From the IMG/VR virus record IMGVR_UViG_3300012665_000962, positions 12,384-76,383 of that record: a stretch of DNA of 64,000 nt, one strand, 5' to 3'. The translations under genes were made by a program, and so were the position numbers. Shown piece after piece: positions 36,147 to 48,400 of the stretch. Position 1 is the first letter of the stretch; each line of letters starts with the position of its first letter. The notes under the pieces are model-generated. The model did no database searches. It was not told where the DNA came from and was given only the letters and a program-made list of their open reading frames with translations. The stretch is from a virus (Duplodnaviria; Caudoviricetes).

Positions 36147-39100
36147 TTATCCTTGTAAGAACAAATTCATTGCTACTGGGTATCCGTCAATTCCACGGGT
36201 AAATTCAAATTTAGTGTTAACTGTAATTTTGAATCCAGTAGTTGTTGTAATAGTTGACCCAGACACAAATACCGAACCTGCGGTAAGTGTATTTACGTTC
36301 AAAGTACTAGAACCTGAACCAATCTGAGACGCAATATACGCCTTGATTGCTCGTTGTGTTGGAATTACACCGTCTGAATCAGCTGTAAAGAACGGATCTG
36401 TACTAAATTCAGTAATTGTTGCTCCACCAGTACCTAATTCTACAGAACCTAACTGAAGTTCTTGTAATCCAGCCAAATTAAATGCTGAAGCATTTAAACT
36501 AGCAGTACCTGTTGCTTGTTCAATAGTAAACAGATCTCCAACACGGAAGTTACCATCTTGGTCTGTTGACGTAAAGAACACACGACCCCCGCCACCCTCT
36601 ACAGTTTCTGATGCTTGCACAGGATTTTGTAAAGGCAATCCAGGGTAATTAGTATTAGAAAAATTACCAGTTCCAATATCTAAAAAGTCATGTCCAGTTA
36701 AACGACATTGTGAATAACGAATTCTTGCTTCAAGAGATTCATTATGTGCCGGAGCTTCGGATATTGTTAATGGTGGGCTAACTTGTAATCTAGCAGTATA
36801 CGGGCCCGTGCCTGCTAAATTTGTAACTGTAACTAATTTGTAATAGTTATTTGGCAAGCTGGAAAATACCACATTTGAGCCTGCTACTGGTATACTAAAC
36901 AAATCTTTAACATCTACATAACTGCCAGGTTGGAAGAAATCAGCAAAACCGTTGCCAGTAATTGTTGATGTAGCAGTTACCCATAAAGTTCCTCTATTAC
37001 TAAAGGACGGATTTGCCAAAGCACCACGGCCTGTTCTTACTGTAAACGGTGCCTCAAGTGTGTTGTTAGGATCAGTGATAGTCATAGTAGGAGCACTTGC
37101 GTAACCACTACCAGGTTCTACAATTCTAATTTCTGTAATTTTTCCGTCAGTTACTGTACATCTTGCCTGTGTTGTAGCACCAGCAACTACGTATCTTCCT
37201 GTAGTGCCTGTGGTATTGCTGATCAATGCCCAACGAGGCGTCCAATTTGAATTTCCTAACGCAGGTTTAGCATAGCGTCCACTGGTTACAGTTCGTGTAG
37301 TCCACACGATACCATCGGATGAAGTCCATATTGATGTACCAGCAGAGTCAATTCTTGTGCCAAGGAATACTCCTTGACCGTAAGATACTCTGTTTGCTCC
37401 TGGAGGACTTGATACAGTGGTCCACGATGTGCCATTTGTACTGTACGCTGCTGCTGTACCTGTTGAGTTTACCGCAACAAATCTGTTGTTACCATATGCT
37501 ACATTTGACCATGTAGTACTAGCTGGTAATGTAGCAGACGCCCATGTTATACCGTCTAAACTATATGCGGCTGTGTTAGTGCCTGTTGATACAGCAACAA
37601 ATTTTCCGCCGCCGTACGTAATCGAAGTCCAACTAGTAGCAGTTGGCAAAGCGTTAGAACCGTTAGCCCATGTTGTGCCATTTATTGATACTACCGGAGT
37701 AGCAGAATCGCTGCGTACTCCAACAAATCTTGAATTACCAAATGCTACGGCTGTGTATGTGCCAGTTTGTGGCAATGTTGCTAATGCCCATGATTCGCCG
37801 CCGTTGGTACTCGATGCTGCCGAAGTTGAACCTGAACTTGGCAATGCTACTACATATTCTGTAGAGCCAATTGTGCCAAATGCTGCGCTTGACCATGCTT
37901 GTGTTGCTGGCAAAGTACTTGAAGTCCAGGTTTCCGCATCTCGTGAATACATTCCAGCTGCGCCACTAATCGGAACAGCTACATAATTGCCACCACGAGC
38001 AGTACCACTAACTGTAAATCCGGTAATAGCTCCACCAGGCAAAGGTGTTGTTGTAACATTTGTTACTGTTATTGTAATATTATTAGTAGGAGCAGCACCG
38101 TTTACACTGGTGCCTGCGATTGTTAAAGTATTTCCTACAACGTATCCCGAACCACCTGAATTTAGAGTCACAGTGTACACTAAACCAATTCTTATAACAT
38201 CAAACGTTGCTAAAGTTCCTGCGCCACCTGTAGCAGAAGTTGCCGGATGCGCTGATCTTGTTGGGGCATATATTACTTCATTAATTCCTACGGTTACTGG
38301 CAGTGTACTAGTAACTGTGTCAGTAAATGCCGGAGCCGTAAATGTCAATCTTGGTTCAATAACATATTGAGTCGAAGCATCTGGGGCAGTAATTGTAGTA
38401 CCTGGTACACTGTGATCCCAGCCTGCTGTGCCTGTTGATTCTCTGTAAACTTGTGCTACCTTAGTACCACTGTTGTAAGAGTTAATGTAGCCAAATTGTG
38501 ATTGGCCTGTGCCGCCAGTTAAAAAGATTCTCATTCCAACATACGCAGAACTTGTGTTTGCGTCCGTTGCTGCTAGAGTGATTGCTGTGCTAGATCCTGT
38601 TTGTGCTACGTTTTCAACACTGACATAATCCTGTCCACCGAACTGTCCAGAACTATCATCTAGGTCTAACAGTCTTACTTCAAAAACTGCGTTGTCACGA
38701 ACTTCGTTTCCAACTGCTTCAGCATTAATACCTGCGCCGTTAAACGTAAATGTACCTGATGTGTAGTCACTGCCCGCATTTAAAAATTCAAGACGTTGAA
38801 TAGCACTGTTATTTGTTATAACTTTTGATACGGCTGCTTCTTCAAATCTATTATTTACAGTACCAGTAATAGGAGTTTCTGTTGGATCAACCCCTTCAGA
38901 CACTGTACCAAATGTACCATATGAGCTGTTACCGTTGGTAGCACGAATCTTACCACCATTTTCTGCTAGGTAACCAATGTGTCCATAGTATGAGAACACA
39001 GAAACAAGCTCAGTTCTTGCTAAGTTTGTACACCATACACCAATACCATCTGATAATACCTGTGTAAAGTCGTTGGCAACTACAGATCTATTACCGCCAG

Positions 39101-42100
39101 CATGTAGATTCCCGTCAATCATAAGTCCAACGCAGGCTGTACCAAATGTTGTTACGTTTTGTACATAACATGATCTTGTGGTAATCCAAGCTCGCACGTC
39201 TGCTGTGCCCCAACCTGGATCTAGAGAAACATACGCACCAGCAGTTGGTCGTCTAGTTCCGTAGGCGTTAGGAGCTCCTAGTGTTCCTGTGAGTCCTTGT
39301 ACAGTACAGTTACGAAGACCAGTACTGTTTCTTACAAAGAACATATTTTCTGATATTGAGCCAGTTACACCGTTTTTATATAATTGAGCTGTAATTAGCG
39401 TTGCGTAATTGCCTGTGTAAATTAAGTCGTATTTGAAAGCGTTTATGTATTCGCTGACATCTCTAGCACACGCAGCTAATGTATATGTGTAAGAAGGATA
39501 TGTTAATGCTATGTAAGCGTGAACTTCAGCAATGATAAAGTCTTTATTAAGTTCTAATTGTCGCACAGCCGCATACACGTCATATGCTGTTACTGGAGTG
39601 TTAGTTCCAGTCATAGCAGGAGCAGATCCAATTGCGTTGATATAAAAATTAATATATGCTGTTGCGTTGGTTATTAATCCAGTTAACAGTGTTCCTTGAG
39701 TAGCAGTAGCAAACGGTTTAGTTTGACTTTGAGCCACTGTGTTAGGATTTGATCCTGTTGTTGTTTTTGCTACTGTATTACCTTGTACAATATCACTGAT
39801 TATTGCGCTGATTCGTGACAGAGCATCGAGGCTCTTAGCCACATCGCCAGTTCCAATTTGTGCTGCTGCTGGTCTAATGTTTGTTGATCGCAGTTCGTCG
39901 CCAACTACTGCTGTGTTAATAGGCACAACAATTGGCAATGTTTCGTAATATACACCAGTTTTAGCTAGAATAGTTCTTTGTGGTAGTACTTCTAATGGTA
40001 AATTTGTTGTTGTGCCAGCTAGTACGTTAACATACACTATGTCTTTTAGATCGGCTAATTGATTCAACGCATCTTGTTCAGTAGCATCAAGACCTGTTAT
40101 TTGTAAAATTCTATTACCAACTGAAATACCGTTTAATGTTTGATAATTAGCAGCAGGAGGAGTACCAGTTAACACAGCAGCAATTGCCAATGTGTTGATA
40201 GCATACTGAAGAGCCGCTACAGTTTCTTGTTGTTGTCCTAACAAATACACGTTTGGAGCATTATTAATATATTCTAATGTTGCTCTACGTGTGTTAGCAT
40301 TACCGCCTTGGCGTACATCTTTGATCAAGGCATCTAAAATATAACCAACATCTCGTTCGCATTTGGTCTTGTCGTAGGTAAAGCCAGAAACAAACGGAGA
40401 AATGTTATTTGTTCGTTGATAATCAATCCATTCAACAGTTTCTCGTTGAATAAATTGTCTATTAATTTCTAAAGCATAGGCAGCATTGGGATTTCGTGCG
40501 CCTTTTTCAATTTGCTGACAAGCATATTGTATGGTGTTCCATGGTTTGTCTAATGTGATTCCCCATGTTGGTGCTGGACTGTCTGTACCGTTAATATCAA
40601 CATAATATAATTGATCAATAAGTCCCCAATATTTCCATTGAGGTGCCGCAGCATTGTTGACTACTAATACTTGTCCATCTGCGCCAATTGGTAATCTTGT
40701 GGGGCCTGCGCCGCCATAATAGACTATATCGCCCTGTGTGGTTAGAACATTTGTTTCGCTACCAACTGTTAATACATTCCAGTAGGTACCAGAAATATCA
40801 ACGTCCGGTCTGGTAGTTAGAGTTCCTACAGTTAATGTAGACCCGTCGTCGCCTTCTGAATGATGTGGGTTTATACAGATATAGCTGTTAGGCCCATAGC
40901 TAACAGCATCACCTAACACATAATCATAGTCGTCTTGCCATTGGCCAAACCAGCGGATGCCGCTGTTTAATCTTGACCAATAACTAGCATTTGGTGGTTG
41001 CGGTGTTACTGTAACAGTCATCGAACCTGTCGATGATTGAACATCAACTGGCGTTGATCCGGATTCTGTTACACGTACTGTAAATTGTGTCAGTGACGGT
41101 ATTGAATTTACATAGTAAGTAACGTTGTTTTGTAAATTTCCAAATAGAGTTCCGCTGAATCGCACACTCATGCCTACTACAAATTCTGTAGTATCTGTTA
41201 CTGTAATACGTTTTGTAGCAACATCTGTTGCTGTTGCTGTAGTGACTATATTTGGAACGTCAACAATGGCAGTATACGTGTATCCATTGAGTCTTACTAC
41301 GTCGCCAATCTTATAATCTAAAGAATAATTCCAATCGTTTTGTAATTTAAAACCAGTTGTAAATAAATCCCAGTTTACAGCACCAGTAGTTGGCGTTGTA
41401 GGAGCAATGCCGCTATGATTCGTTTTAGAAATATAAGCAAAGCCGCCATAAGTGATCACATCACCTGGTTGATAGATTGTTAGTGTATTCCAAGAACTTT
41501 CAAATTCTAAACCTTCAACAAATCTATCCCAACGTCCAGCATCTTCATCGTCTTCAAATGTGGTTGTTACACTAGAAGTATGTTTGGCTGTACATATCCA
41601 AAGACTTGCGCCATATTTTACTACATCGTTGATTTTATAATCAACATTAAAGTTATCCCAATCGCTTAGATATTCAATACCTTGATTGAAATAATCCCAT
41701 TTAGATTGATCGTTTTCTAAGCCAAGAAGGAATGTTGCGGCAGAGGTATGGCCTAATTTACAAACGTATGTAGTGCCGCCAAACTTAACAACGTCATTGA
41801 TTTTATATCTAGTTGATACAGCCCAGTCAGTTTTCCAATCAAATGCTTCGGAGTAGACATCCCATTTGGCAATATCTTCTTGAACGCCTGGTGTTATTCG
41901 ACCTAGTCCTTCAAGACCTTGAGCAACAGTAGACGCAGAAGTGTGTCCAACATTACAAAGATAGAGATTACCACCGTATTTTACAATATCGTTTTCTTTG
42001 TATCGTGTCGCTGTTGACCAATCATTTTTCCAGTCAAAACTTTCAGCAAATTGATCCCATTTAGATAATGTACTATCACCTAAATTTAAATCAGTTTCTA

Positions 42101-42419
42101 GACCAAGTGTAATTGTTGCCGCAGAAGTATGGCCAACGGTACAGATATAAATCTGACCGCCATATTTTACTATGTCATTTTTATAGTAAACTTCGTTGGT
42201 TACCCAATCTCCGCGCCATTCTGAACCGTCAGCAATTTGATTCCATCTTGTTGGAATATTTTCAGAATCTACATAGAAATCAGTATTGGCAGTGTGACCA
42301 ATAACGCAAATAAAGACTTTACCGTTTACTCGAACCACGTCGTCCTTGACGTAGGTGGTCCCGGCTGTCCAATTGCCTTTCCAAATAAATCGTATTCTAC
42401 CTAATTTAAACTCAGCCAT
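36147..42419 (-). CDS. Giant fibre/spike-like protein (about 2090 aa): CBM5/12-like repeats, beta-helix, two C-x-R-D inserts, propeller-like repeats
   Basis: W....Y...D.V.YGG..Y.C..GHTS repeats; YYVD.NG.D...PWNTIQYA beta-helix start; W...LP....W....YG...FVAV repeats; C-terminal RLTGHDFL.IGTG and DQDGNFRVG. ATG at 42419 with GGAG SD. Confidence 0.8.
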   Translation of the reverse strand: MAEFKLGRIRFIWKGNWTAGTTYVKDDVVRVNGKVFICVIGHTANTDFYVDSENIPTRWNQIADGSEWRGDWVTNEVYYKNDIVKYGGQIYICTVGHTSAATITLGLETDLNLGDSTLSKWDQFAESFDWKNDWSTATRYKENDIVKYGGNLYLCNVGHTSASTVAQGLEGLGRITPGVQEDIAKWDVYSEAFDWKTDWAVSTRYKINDVVKFGGTTYVCKLGHTSAATFLLGLENDQSKWDYFNQGIEYLSDWDNFNVDYKINDVVKYGASLWICTAKHTSSVTTTFEDDEDAGRWDRFVEGLEFESSWNTLTIYQPGDVITYGGFAYISKTNHSGIAPTTPTTGAVNWDLFTTGFKLQNDWNYSLDYKIGDVVRLNGYTYTAIVDVPNIVTTATATDVATKRITVTDTTEFVVGMSVRFSGTLFGNLQNNVTYYVNSIPSLTQFTVRVTESGSTPVDVQSSTGSMTVTVTPQPPNASYWSRLNSGIRWFGQWQDDYDYVLGDAVSYGPNSYICINPHHSEGDDGSTLTVGTLTTRPDVDISGTYWNVLTVGSETNVLTTQGDIVYYGGAGPTRLPIGADGQVLVVNNAAAPQWKYWGLIDQLYYVDINGTDSPAPTWGITLDKPWNTIQYACQQIEKGARNPNAAYALEINRQFIQRETVEWIDYQRTNNISPFVSGFTYDKTKCERDVGYILDALIKDVRQGGNANTRRATLEYINNAPNVYLLGQQQETVAALQYAINTLAIAAVLTGTPPAANYQTLNGISVGNRILQITGLDATEQDALNQLADLKDIVYVNVLAGTTTNLPLEVLPQRTILAKTGVYYETLPIVVPINTAVVGDELRSTNIRPAAAQIGTGDVAKSLDALSRISAIISDIVQGNTVAKTTTGSNPNTVAQSQTKPFATATQGTLLTGLITNATAYINFYINAIGSAPAMTGTNTPVTAYDVYAAVRQLELNKDFIIAEVHAYIALTYPSYTYTLAACARDVSEYINAFKYDLIYTGNYATLITAQLYKNGVTGSISENMFFVRNSTGLRNCTVQGLTGTLGAPNAYGTRRPTAGAYVSLDPGWGTADVRAWITTRSCYVQNVTTFGTACVGLMIDGNLHAGGNRSVVANDFTQVLSDGIGVWCTNLARTELVSVFSYYGHIGYLAENGGKIRATNGNSSYGTFGTVSEGVDPTETPITGTVNNRFEEAAVSKVITNNSAIQRLEFLNAGSDYTSGTFTFNGAGINAEAVGNEVRDNAVFEVRLLDLDDSSGQFGGQDYVSVENVAQTGSSTAITLAATDANTSSAYVGMRIFLTGGTGQSQFGYINSYNSGTKVAQVYRESTGTAGWDHSVPGTTITAPDASTQYVIEPRLTFTAPAFTDTVTSTLPVTVGINEVIYAPTRSAHPATSATGGAGTLATFDVIRIGLVYTVTLNSGGSGYVVGNTLTIAGTSVNGAAPTNNITITVTNVTTTPLPGGAITGFTVSGTARGGNYVAVPISGAAGMYSRDAETWTSSTLPATQAWSSAAFGTIGSTEYVVALPSSGSTSAASSTNGGESWALATLPQTGTYTAVAFGNSRFVGVRSDSATPVVSINGTTWANGSNALPTATSWTSITYGGGKFVAVSTGTNTAAYSLDGITWASATLPASTTWSNVAYGNNRFVAVNSTGTAAAYSTNGTSWTTVSSPPGANRVSYGQGVFLGTRIDSAGTSIWTSSDGIVWTTRTVTSGRYAKPALGNSNWTPRWALISNTTGTTGRYVVAGATTQARCTVTDGKITEIRIVEPGSGYASAPTMTITDPNNTLEAPFTVRTGRGALANPSFSNRGTLWVTATSTITGNGFADFFQPGSYVDVKDLFSIPVAGSNVVFSSLPNNYYKLVTVTNLAGTGPYTARLQVSPPLTISEAPAHNESLEARIRYSQCRLTGHDFLDIGTGNFSNTNYPGLPLQNPVQASETVEGGGGRVFFTSTDQDGNFRVGDLFTIEQATGTASLNASAFNLAGLQELQLGSVELGTGGATITEFSTDPFFTADSDGVIPTQRAIKAYIASQIGSGSSTLNVNTLTAGSVFVSGSTITTTTGFKITVNTKFEFTRGIDGYPVAMNLFLQG

Positions 42420-42472
42420 CAATCACTCCGCTTATGATGTTAGTATATTTATCCATACCCTAAAACTGCCCT

Positions 42473-45400
42473 TTATCCTAAATCTCTACCTATATCCTGC
42501 CAATCTAACTGTGAATTAAAGCTGTCTGCAAACATACTCCACGCAGTCATATACCCGCCCTGCCCCTTTTTAAATACCATGGGCACAGTTATTTGATTTC
42601 TAATGCCTGTGGTATTTCCAATGCTGTCAGGACCAATAGATACTGTACCAGCAATAAGTCTACCTGTAGCAGCATCTGATCCACCGCCTGAAATGCGTCG
42701 ACCAATATATGCTTTAATTGCTTTTTGTGTCGGCACAATATTATTTGAATCTGCGGTAAACGTAGCATCTGTGGAAAATTCACGAATAACAACACCAGTT
42801 CCGCCAACTCTAATACCGCCCAACCTAATTTCTGACAACCCACTTAAATCAAAATAATCGGCGCTAATTGTAATAACACCTGTTGCCTGTTCAACCGCAA
42901 ATAATTCACCAACTCGGAAGTTACCGTCTTGGTCAGTACTGGTGTAGAACACACGACCTCCACCACGATAATACACTTCTTTATCTGGTTGGAAATTGTT
43001 AACTGAGGTTAACGGGTAGTTTGTGTCAACAAAATTTCCAGTACCAATTTCTAAGAAGTCGTGACCAGTTAAACGAACCTGGCTGTATTTTTCTCTTATA
43101 ACTACATCAACTCCGTTAATTGGAGCATTTGTTCTAGTAAAAGCTGGGCTTATTCTTATAGCAACTCTCGCTGTCGGCGGTGTTCCACTGAGTAAAGCGA
43201 TAGTTAAAACTCTATAAACAATATCAGTAGATCCGTCAGGTGCTACTGCTGCCAATGGCCCTGTGCCCACTGCTACAAACACGTTTGCGCCAGCAGCAAA
43301 TGATTTTACTGATGATAACGCAATTGAACGAGTTTTCCATATTAGCCCGTCAGATGATGTTATAAAGGTTCCAACACTGCTGGCTAGGAGATATTTTCCG
43401 TTTGCGTGTATTAACGTTGACCAAGTAGCACTTACTGGCAGTGTTATTTCGTTCCATGATGTTCCATCGTCTGTGGTATAGGCAAGTTTGTCTGAACCTG
43501 CTGCTACTGTTATAAACTGACCAGCATAAAATGACACTAAACTCCACGAGGCCGAGCTAGGTAATGCTTTGCCGTTCCAATCAATGCCGTTACTTGAAGT
43601 TGCTGCCACGGTACCACCAGAGGCCACTGCCATAAACAATCCGTTGCCAATGCCAAGACCGGTCCAGTCTGCGTTAGCAGGCATATTTGATTCTAACCAA
43701 GTTTGCCCATCTAAAGAATAAGCAGCTTTATTAGTTCCAGACGCAATGGCTACAAATACGCCACTACCAAAAATTACTGTTTTCCAACTTCGTGCTGCTG
43801 GCAATGCTGCTGAAAACCATGTGATTCCATTTGTAGAATATGCTGCTTCAGTTGATAATGTTGATATTGCTACATATTTTCCATTTCCATACGCTATACC
43901 GCACCATGCTGCTGATGCTGGAAGTGTTGCTGAGCTCCACGAAGACCCGTTTACAGAATATGCTGCGCCGGTTGTGGGTGAGCCAGATACTCCTGCTACC
44001 GCAACAAACTTATCTCCATACACAACACTAGACCATAAATTAGTAACAGGCATATTGCTGTTTTCCCAAGCTATAAGATCTAGTGTAAGATTCGCACCTG
44101 TTCTTGGAATTCTAGTAACATTATCAAGAATTAAATTTTGACCAACTGGCAGTATATCAGCAAAACCGTCACCTGACACTGTTACTATTGTCGTAGAGGT
44201 CTTGTATCCAATGCCTCGATTAATAAATGTTGGATTTCCAAGGACACCGTTAGCTAAACGGCATTCAAAATCTGCGGACGAGGTTATGTTAGGGTCTGTT
44301 AAGGTCAATGTTGGTTCTGTGCCTGTATATCCGCTGCCTGGATCCCATAATTTTACTAGAGAAATTCTTCCACCGTTGACTTCAACACGACCTCTAGCCT
44401 GTGAACCATATGTTATAAGATTTGCGCTGTTACCGTTAACTGGTAAAGTTATCCATGATCCTATGTTATTGGGGTTTCCAAATGCTAATGCGCTTCGTCC
44501 AACGTTCCCTGATACTGTTTTAACTTCCCAATAAAAACCATCGTCTGAGAATGCTACTGAAGACGTAGTAGATGACGATATTGCTAAAAACTTTCCTTGG
44601 CCGTAGGCTACTTTAGCCCAATTAGACGATACTGGTATTTGTGTATCGCTCCCAACCCAATCAATACCGTTAAAACTAATAGCCACTCTAGTGTCACCAG
44701 AAGCAACGGCAACAAATCTACCATTTCCGTAAGTAACCGAAGTCCATGTTAGCGATCTTGGTAATGTTGCTGTGTTCCAAGCAATACCGTCTAAACTGTA
44801 TGCGGCTGCTGAACTAGTAGTTCTGATTGCTACAAATTTTCCACCACCGTAAGCCACAGATGCCCAAATCCCTGGAGATGGTAAAGTTGCGCTAGACCAT
44901 GTTATCCCGTCTAAGCTGTACGCTGCGGTAGTTCCTGACGTTGCCGATATCGCTACAAATTTTCCGCCGCCGTAAGTGATGTCGGCCCAGTTTGAAACTG
45001 TTCCGGCCATTGTTCCAGAAGTCCAACTAGCACCAGTTGACGAATATGCTGTTACTGCCGGATTTCCTATACTATCAACGTTAGTAGCTATGGCTACAAA
45101 TTTATCGTTGCCGTAATGTATTGCTGAATATGTTCCGCCTGTAGGTATTGGTAGTGTAACTGTTGAAAACACGTCACCGTCATATGTTAATAGTGTTCCA
45201 GATTGCGATAATAAGGCCCATTTTCCTGCGCCATACGCAGCATCGACCCAGGTTAACCCGCCACCTGCTACTGATAATCCTGATTCGGAATAAGGTGGCA
45301 AACTAAATGTTGGTCTTGGTTCTATACGATAGACCGACGTTGTATCTAATAACGGAATATTAGTAGTACCGGCATTAACATGACTCCACCCTGCTCGATC

Positions 45401-48400
45401 AATATACATCAAACCTATTTGAGTAGTTAATGTCTCTGGGGTCCCGAGTACGCCGCTAGTACTAACTGAGAATTGTGTAGATGAAAAATTCTCAGTGGTC
45501 ACCCAATACAATTGACCATGACTTAATCCTCCTAACATTCCACCTGCTGTACCGTTAATAGTAGCAACCGCGTTAGTTAAAGGAAACACTCCGCCGCCAT
45601 TAGTTGTGCTTATGGTGATTTGTGTGCCATTTGAAATTATTGACTGAACATAATATACAGTAGTGCCTGAGATTACTCCAATTGGGCCTTCAAATTGTAT
45701 AGGCATGCCAACAACGAGCCCAGCATTGCTGTTTAATGTTACACGATTAGTGCCTATAGATGTAGCAGTAATAACAACATTTATAGTTTCGTAACTAAGA
45801 TAAACCGGCATACCTGGATATAACCCTGTGGTATCGGCTAATATTCGATTATTTGTTGAACTAGTAGATGTAGAAGTTATTGTTTGAAGGTGTTCGCTGG
45901 CTACGCTTATGACTTTAGATACAGTATTGTAGGAAACTACTTTACCGTATTGGCCAGTTCCGGTACCACTTTGTATTATAATTCTACAGCCGTAGTAGGT
46001 AGTGATATCGTTTTGATCACCTGTAGCAATAGTCACAGTATACTCGTTGCCTGCTTGAGCATTATTTCCTGTTGATATATATCCACCGCCACCTATACTA
46101 CCGGTAGAATCAACAGGATCTAAAATCCTTGCTTCAAAAATTGCGTTATCTCTGATTTCATCGCCAATTACTTGAGCGTTAACACCTGATCCAGTAAAGG
46201 CAAAATTAGCAGAAGTGTAATTCTGACCAGCATTTGAAAATTCTAATTTTAATATTTCATCATTGGCTTCACCTGAAAACGCAGCTCGAATTTGTGCTTC
46301 TTGTGTTTGATTATTGATAACTCCGCTGATTGGTAATTCATCTTCTGCTACGCCTTCAGCAACACAGCCATATGTACCATATGAGCTGTTACCGTTGGTA
46401 GCACGAATTTTACCGCCATTTTCTGCTAGGTAACCAATGTGTCCATAATAAGAGAACACAGACACGAGCTCAGTTAACCCTTTATTTGTACACCATACAC
46501 CAATACCGTCTGATAATACCTGTGTAAAGTCGTTGGCAACAATTGACCTATTGCCGCCATTATGTATTGCGCCATCAATTTTAAGACCAGTACAGCCATT
46601 GCCAAATGTTGTTACGTTTTGTACATAACAAGATTTGTTGACAATCCATACTGAAGTGTCATCGGGTCCTAGACCCGGATCTAAAGAAACATACGCACCA
46701 GCAGTTGGTCGCTGAGTTAGGTATTGGTTGAATGGGCCTAAAGTTCCGTTCAAACCACGTAGGGTCATATTTCTTATACCCGTTCCGTTGTTAACGTAAA
46801 ACATATTAGAAAGAGCATAACCTTGTGCTGGTTCAATTATAGTACTGCGTAGTTCTTCTCCAACAAGAGCAACATCTCTAGGCACCTTGATCGGCAATTC
46901 TTCAGAGTATACTCCAACTTTAATAAAAATAGTTGCTGGTCCTATAATACTATCACAGGCATACTTAACTGTGCGCCACGGAGCATTAATTGTTGTACCA
47001 TAAGTTGGTTGATCGACCCCATCAAGACTAACATAATATACTTTTTCTACTAACTGAAATGAAGCCCAGTCTGGTTCATTAGAGGAAGTTACCTGTAGTG
47101 CTTGGCCATCGATGCCAATTGGAAGATTAGTGTTTCCAATACTTGAGCCGTCTTCAGTAACTCCGTAAAATTTTAAATCGCCTTGCTCTCTTAGGGAATT
47201 AAATTCATCGCCTTCATTGACCAATGTCCATAATCCGCTAGCATCAACATCAGGTCTTGTTGCTAAATTAGAAGTATGTTTAACTAAACATCGATATGTG
47301 TTACTTTGAAAAGTTAACATATCTCCAATAACATAGTTGGTACCAGTTTGCCAACGAGTTTGCCATTTTTCGCCAGGAATAACTAATTCCCAATTAACAG
47401 CATCGTCGTTAGGATCTGTCGTAGTATCGTTTACTGCTACGTATAGTTGACCGCTTCGGCGCAGTACGTCTCCTACTCTGTACGCTGTTGCTGTGGCCCA
47501 TTCGCCTTGGATTTTAAACCCTTTAGTCAGCAACTCCCAATTATCTAAAGTACTGTCACCAAGAGCTGTAGATGGTATTGAATTTATGTTATTTCGAAGG
47601 GCATAATAAGAATACCCTCCGTACTTAACCACATCACCCTTTTGATATATTGTTGTAGAATCCCAAGTATTATCATATTCAAATCCTGGTACATAGATAA
47701 TCCACTTAGTAAGGTCAAATGTATCTTCTGAAGTATGACCTTCAGAACAAATCCAAATGCCTGCTCCCCATTTTACAATATCATTTAATTTATATCTATA
47801 TCCTGGTGAGGGTGTGATGCCTGTAATCTCAGGAACCCAATCTCCTAGATATTCTATTCCTTCTTGAACAATTTCCCATTTAGTTAATGTGCTGTCAAGC
47901 AAATCTAAATCAATTTCAAGACCAATACTAACAGTTGCCGCAGATGTATGAGCAATACTGCAACGATAAACAATTCCGCCGTATTTTACTATATCGTTAA
48001 CTTTGTATTTTGTACTGACTGCCCAGTTTCCTTTCCATTGCTCGGAAGGAACTACAACTTCCCAAGATCCTTGATTCCCCTCGAGCCCAGATGTCAGAGA
48101 AGCACTGATATGATCAAATATACAGCGATAAACTATGCCGCCCCATTTTACTATATCATTGAGTGAATATTTGGTGTTAGGTGTCCAATCGCCAGTCCAT
48201 TCTTCGGTTCTAGCATACGGAGCCCAATTAACAAAACTGCCTTCAAGACCAACTGTACTGCTTAAAGATGTGTGTCGATTAACACAGATGTAAACAATGC
48301 CTCGGTATTTTACTAGATCGCCGTTGTTATAAAAAGTAAGAGGGGTCCAATCACCTTGCCATTCGTATCCGTCAAACATTAATTGCCATTGCGGATCGGC

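Noticed and set aside
38912-46711. Diversity-generating retroelement template/variable repeat pair
   Set aside because: Mismatches are not adenine-specific, both copies lie mid-gene in coding paralogs, and no reverse transcriptase is present in the window.
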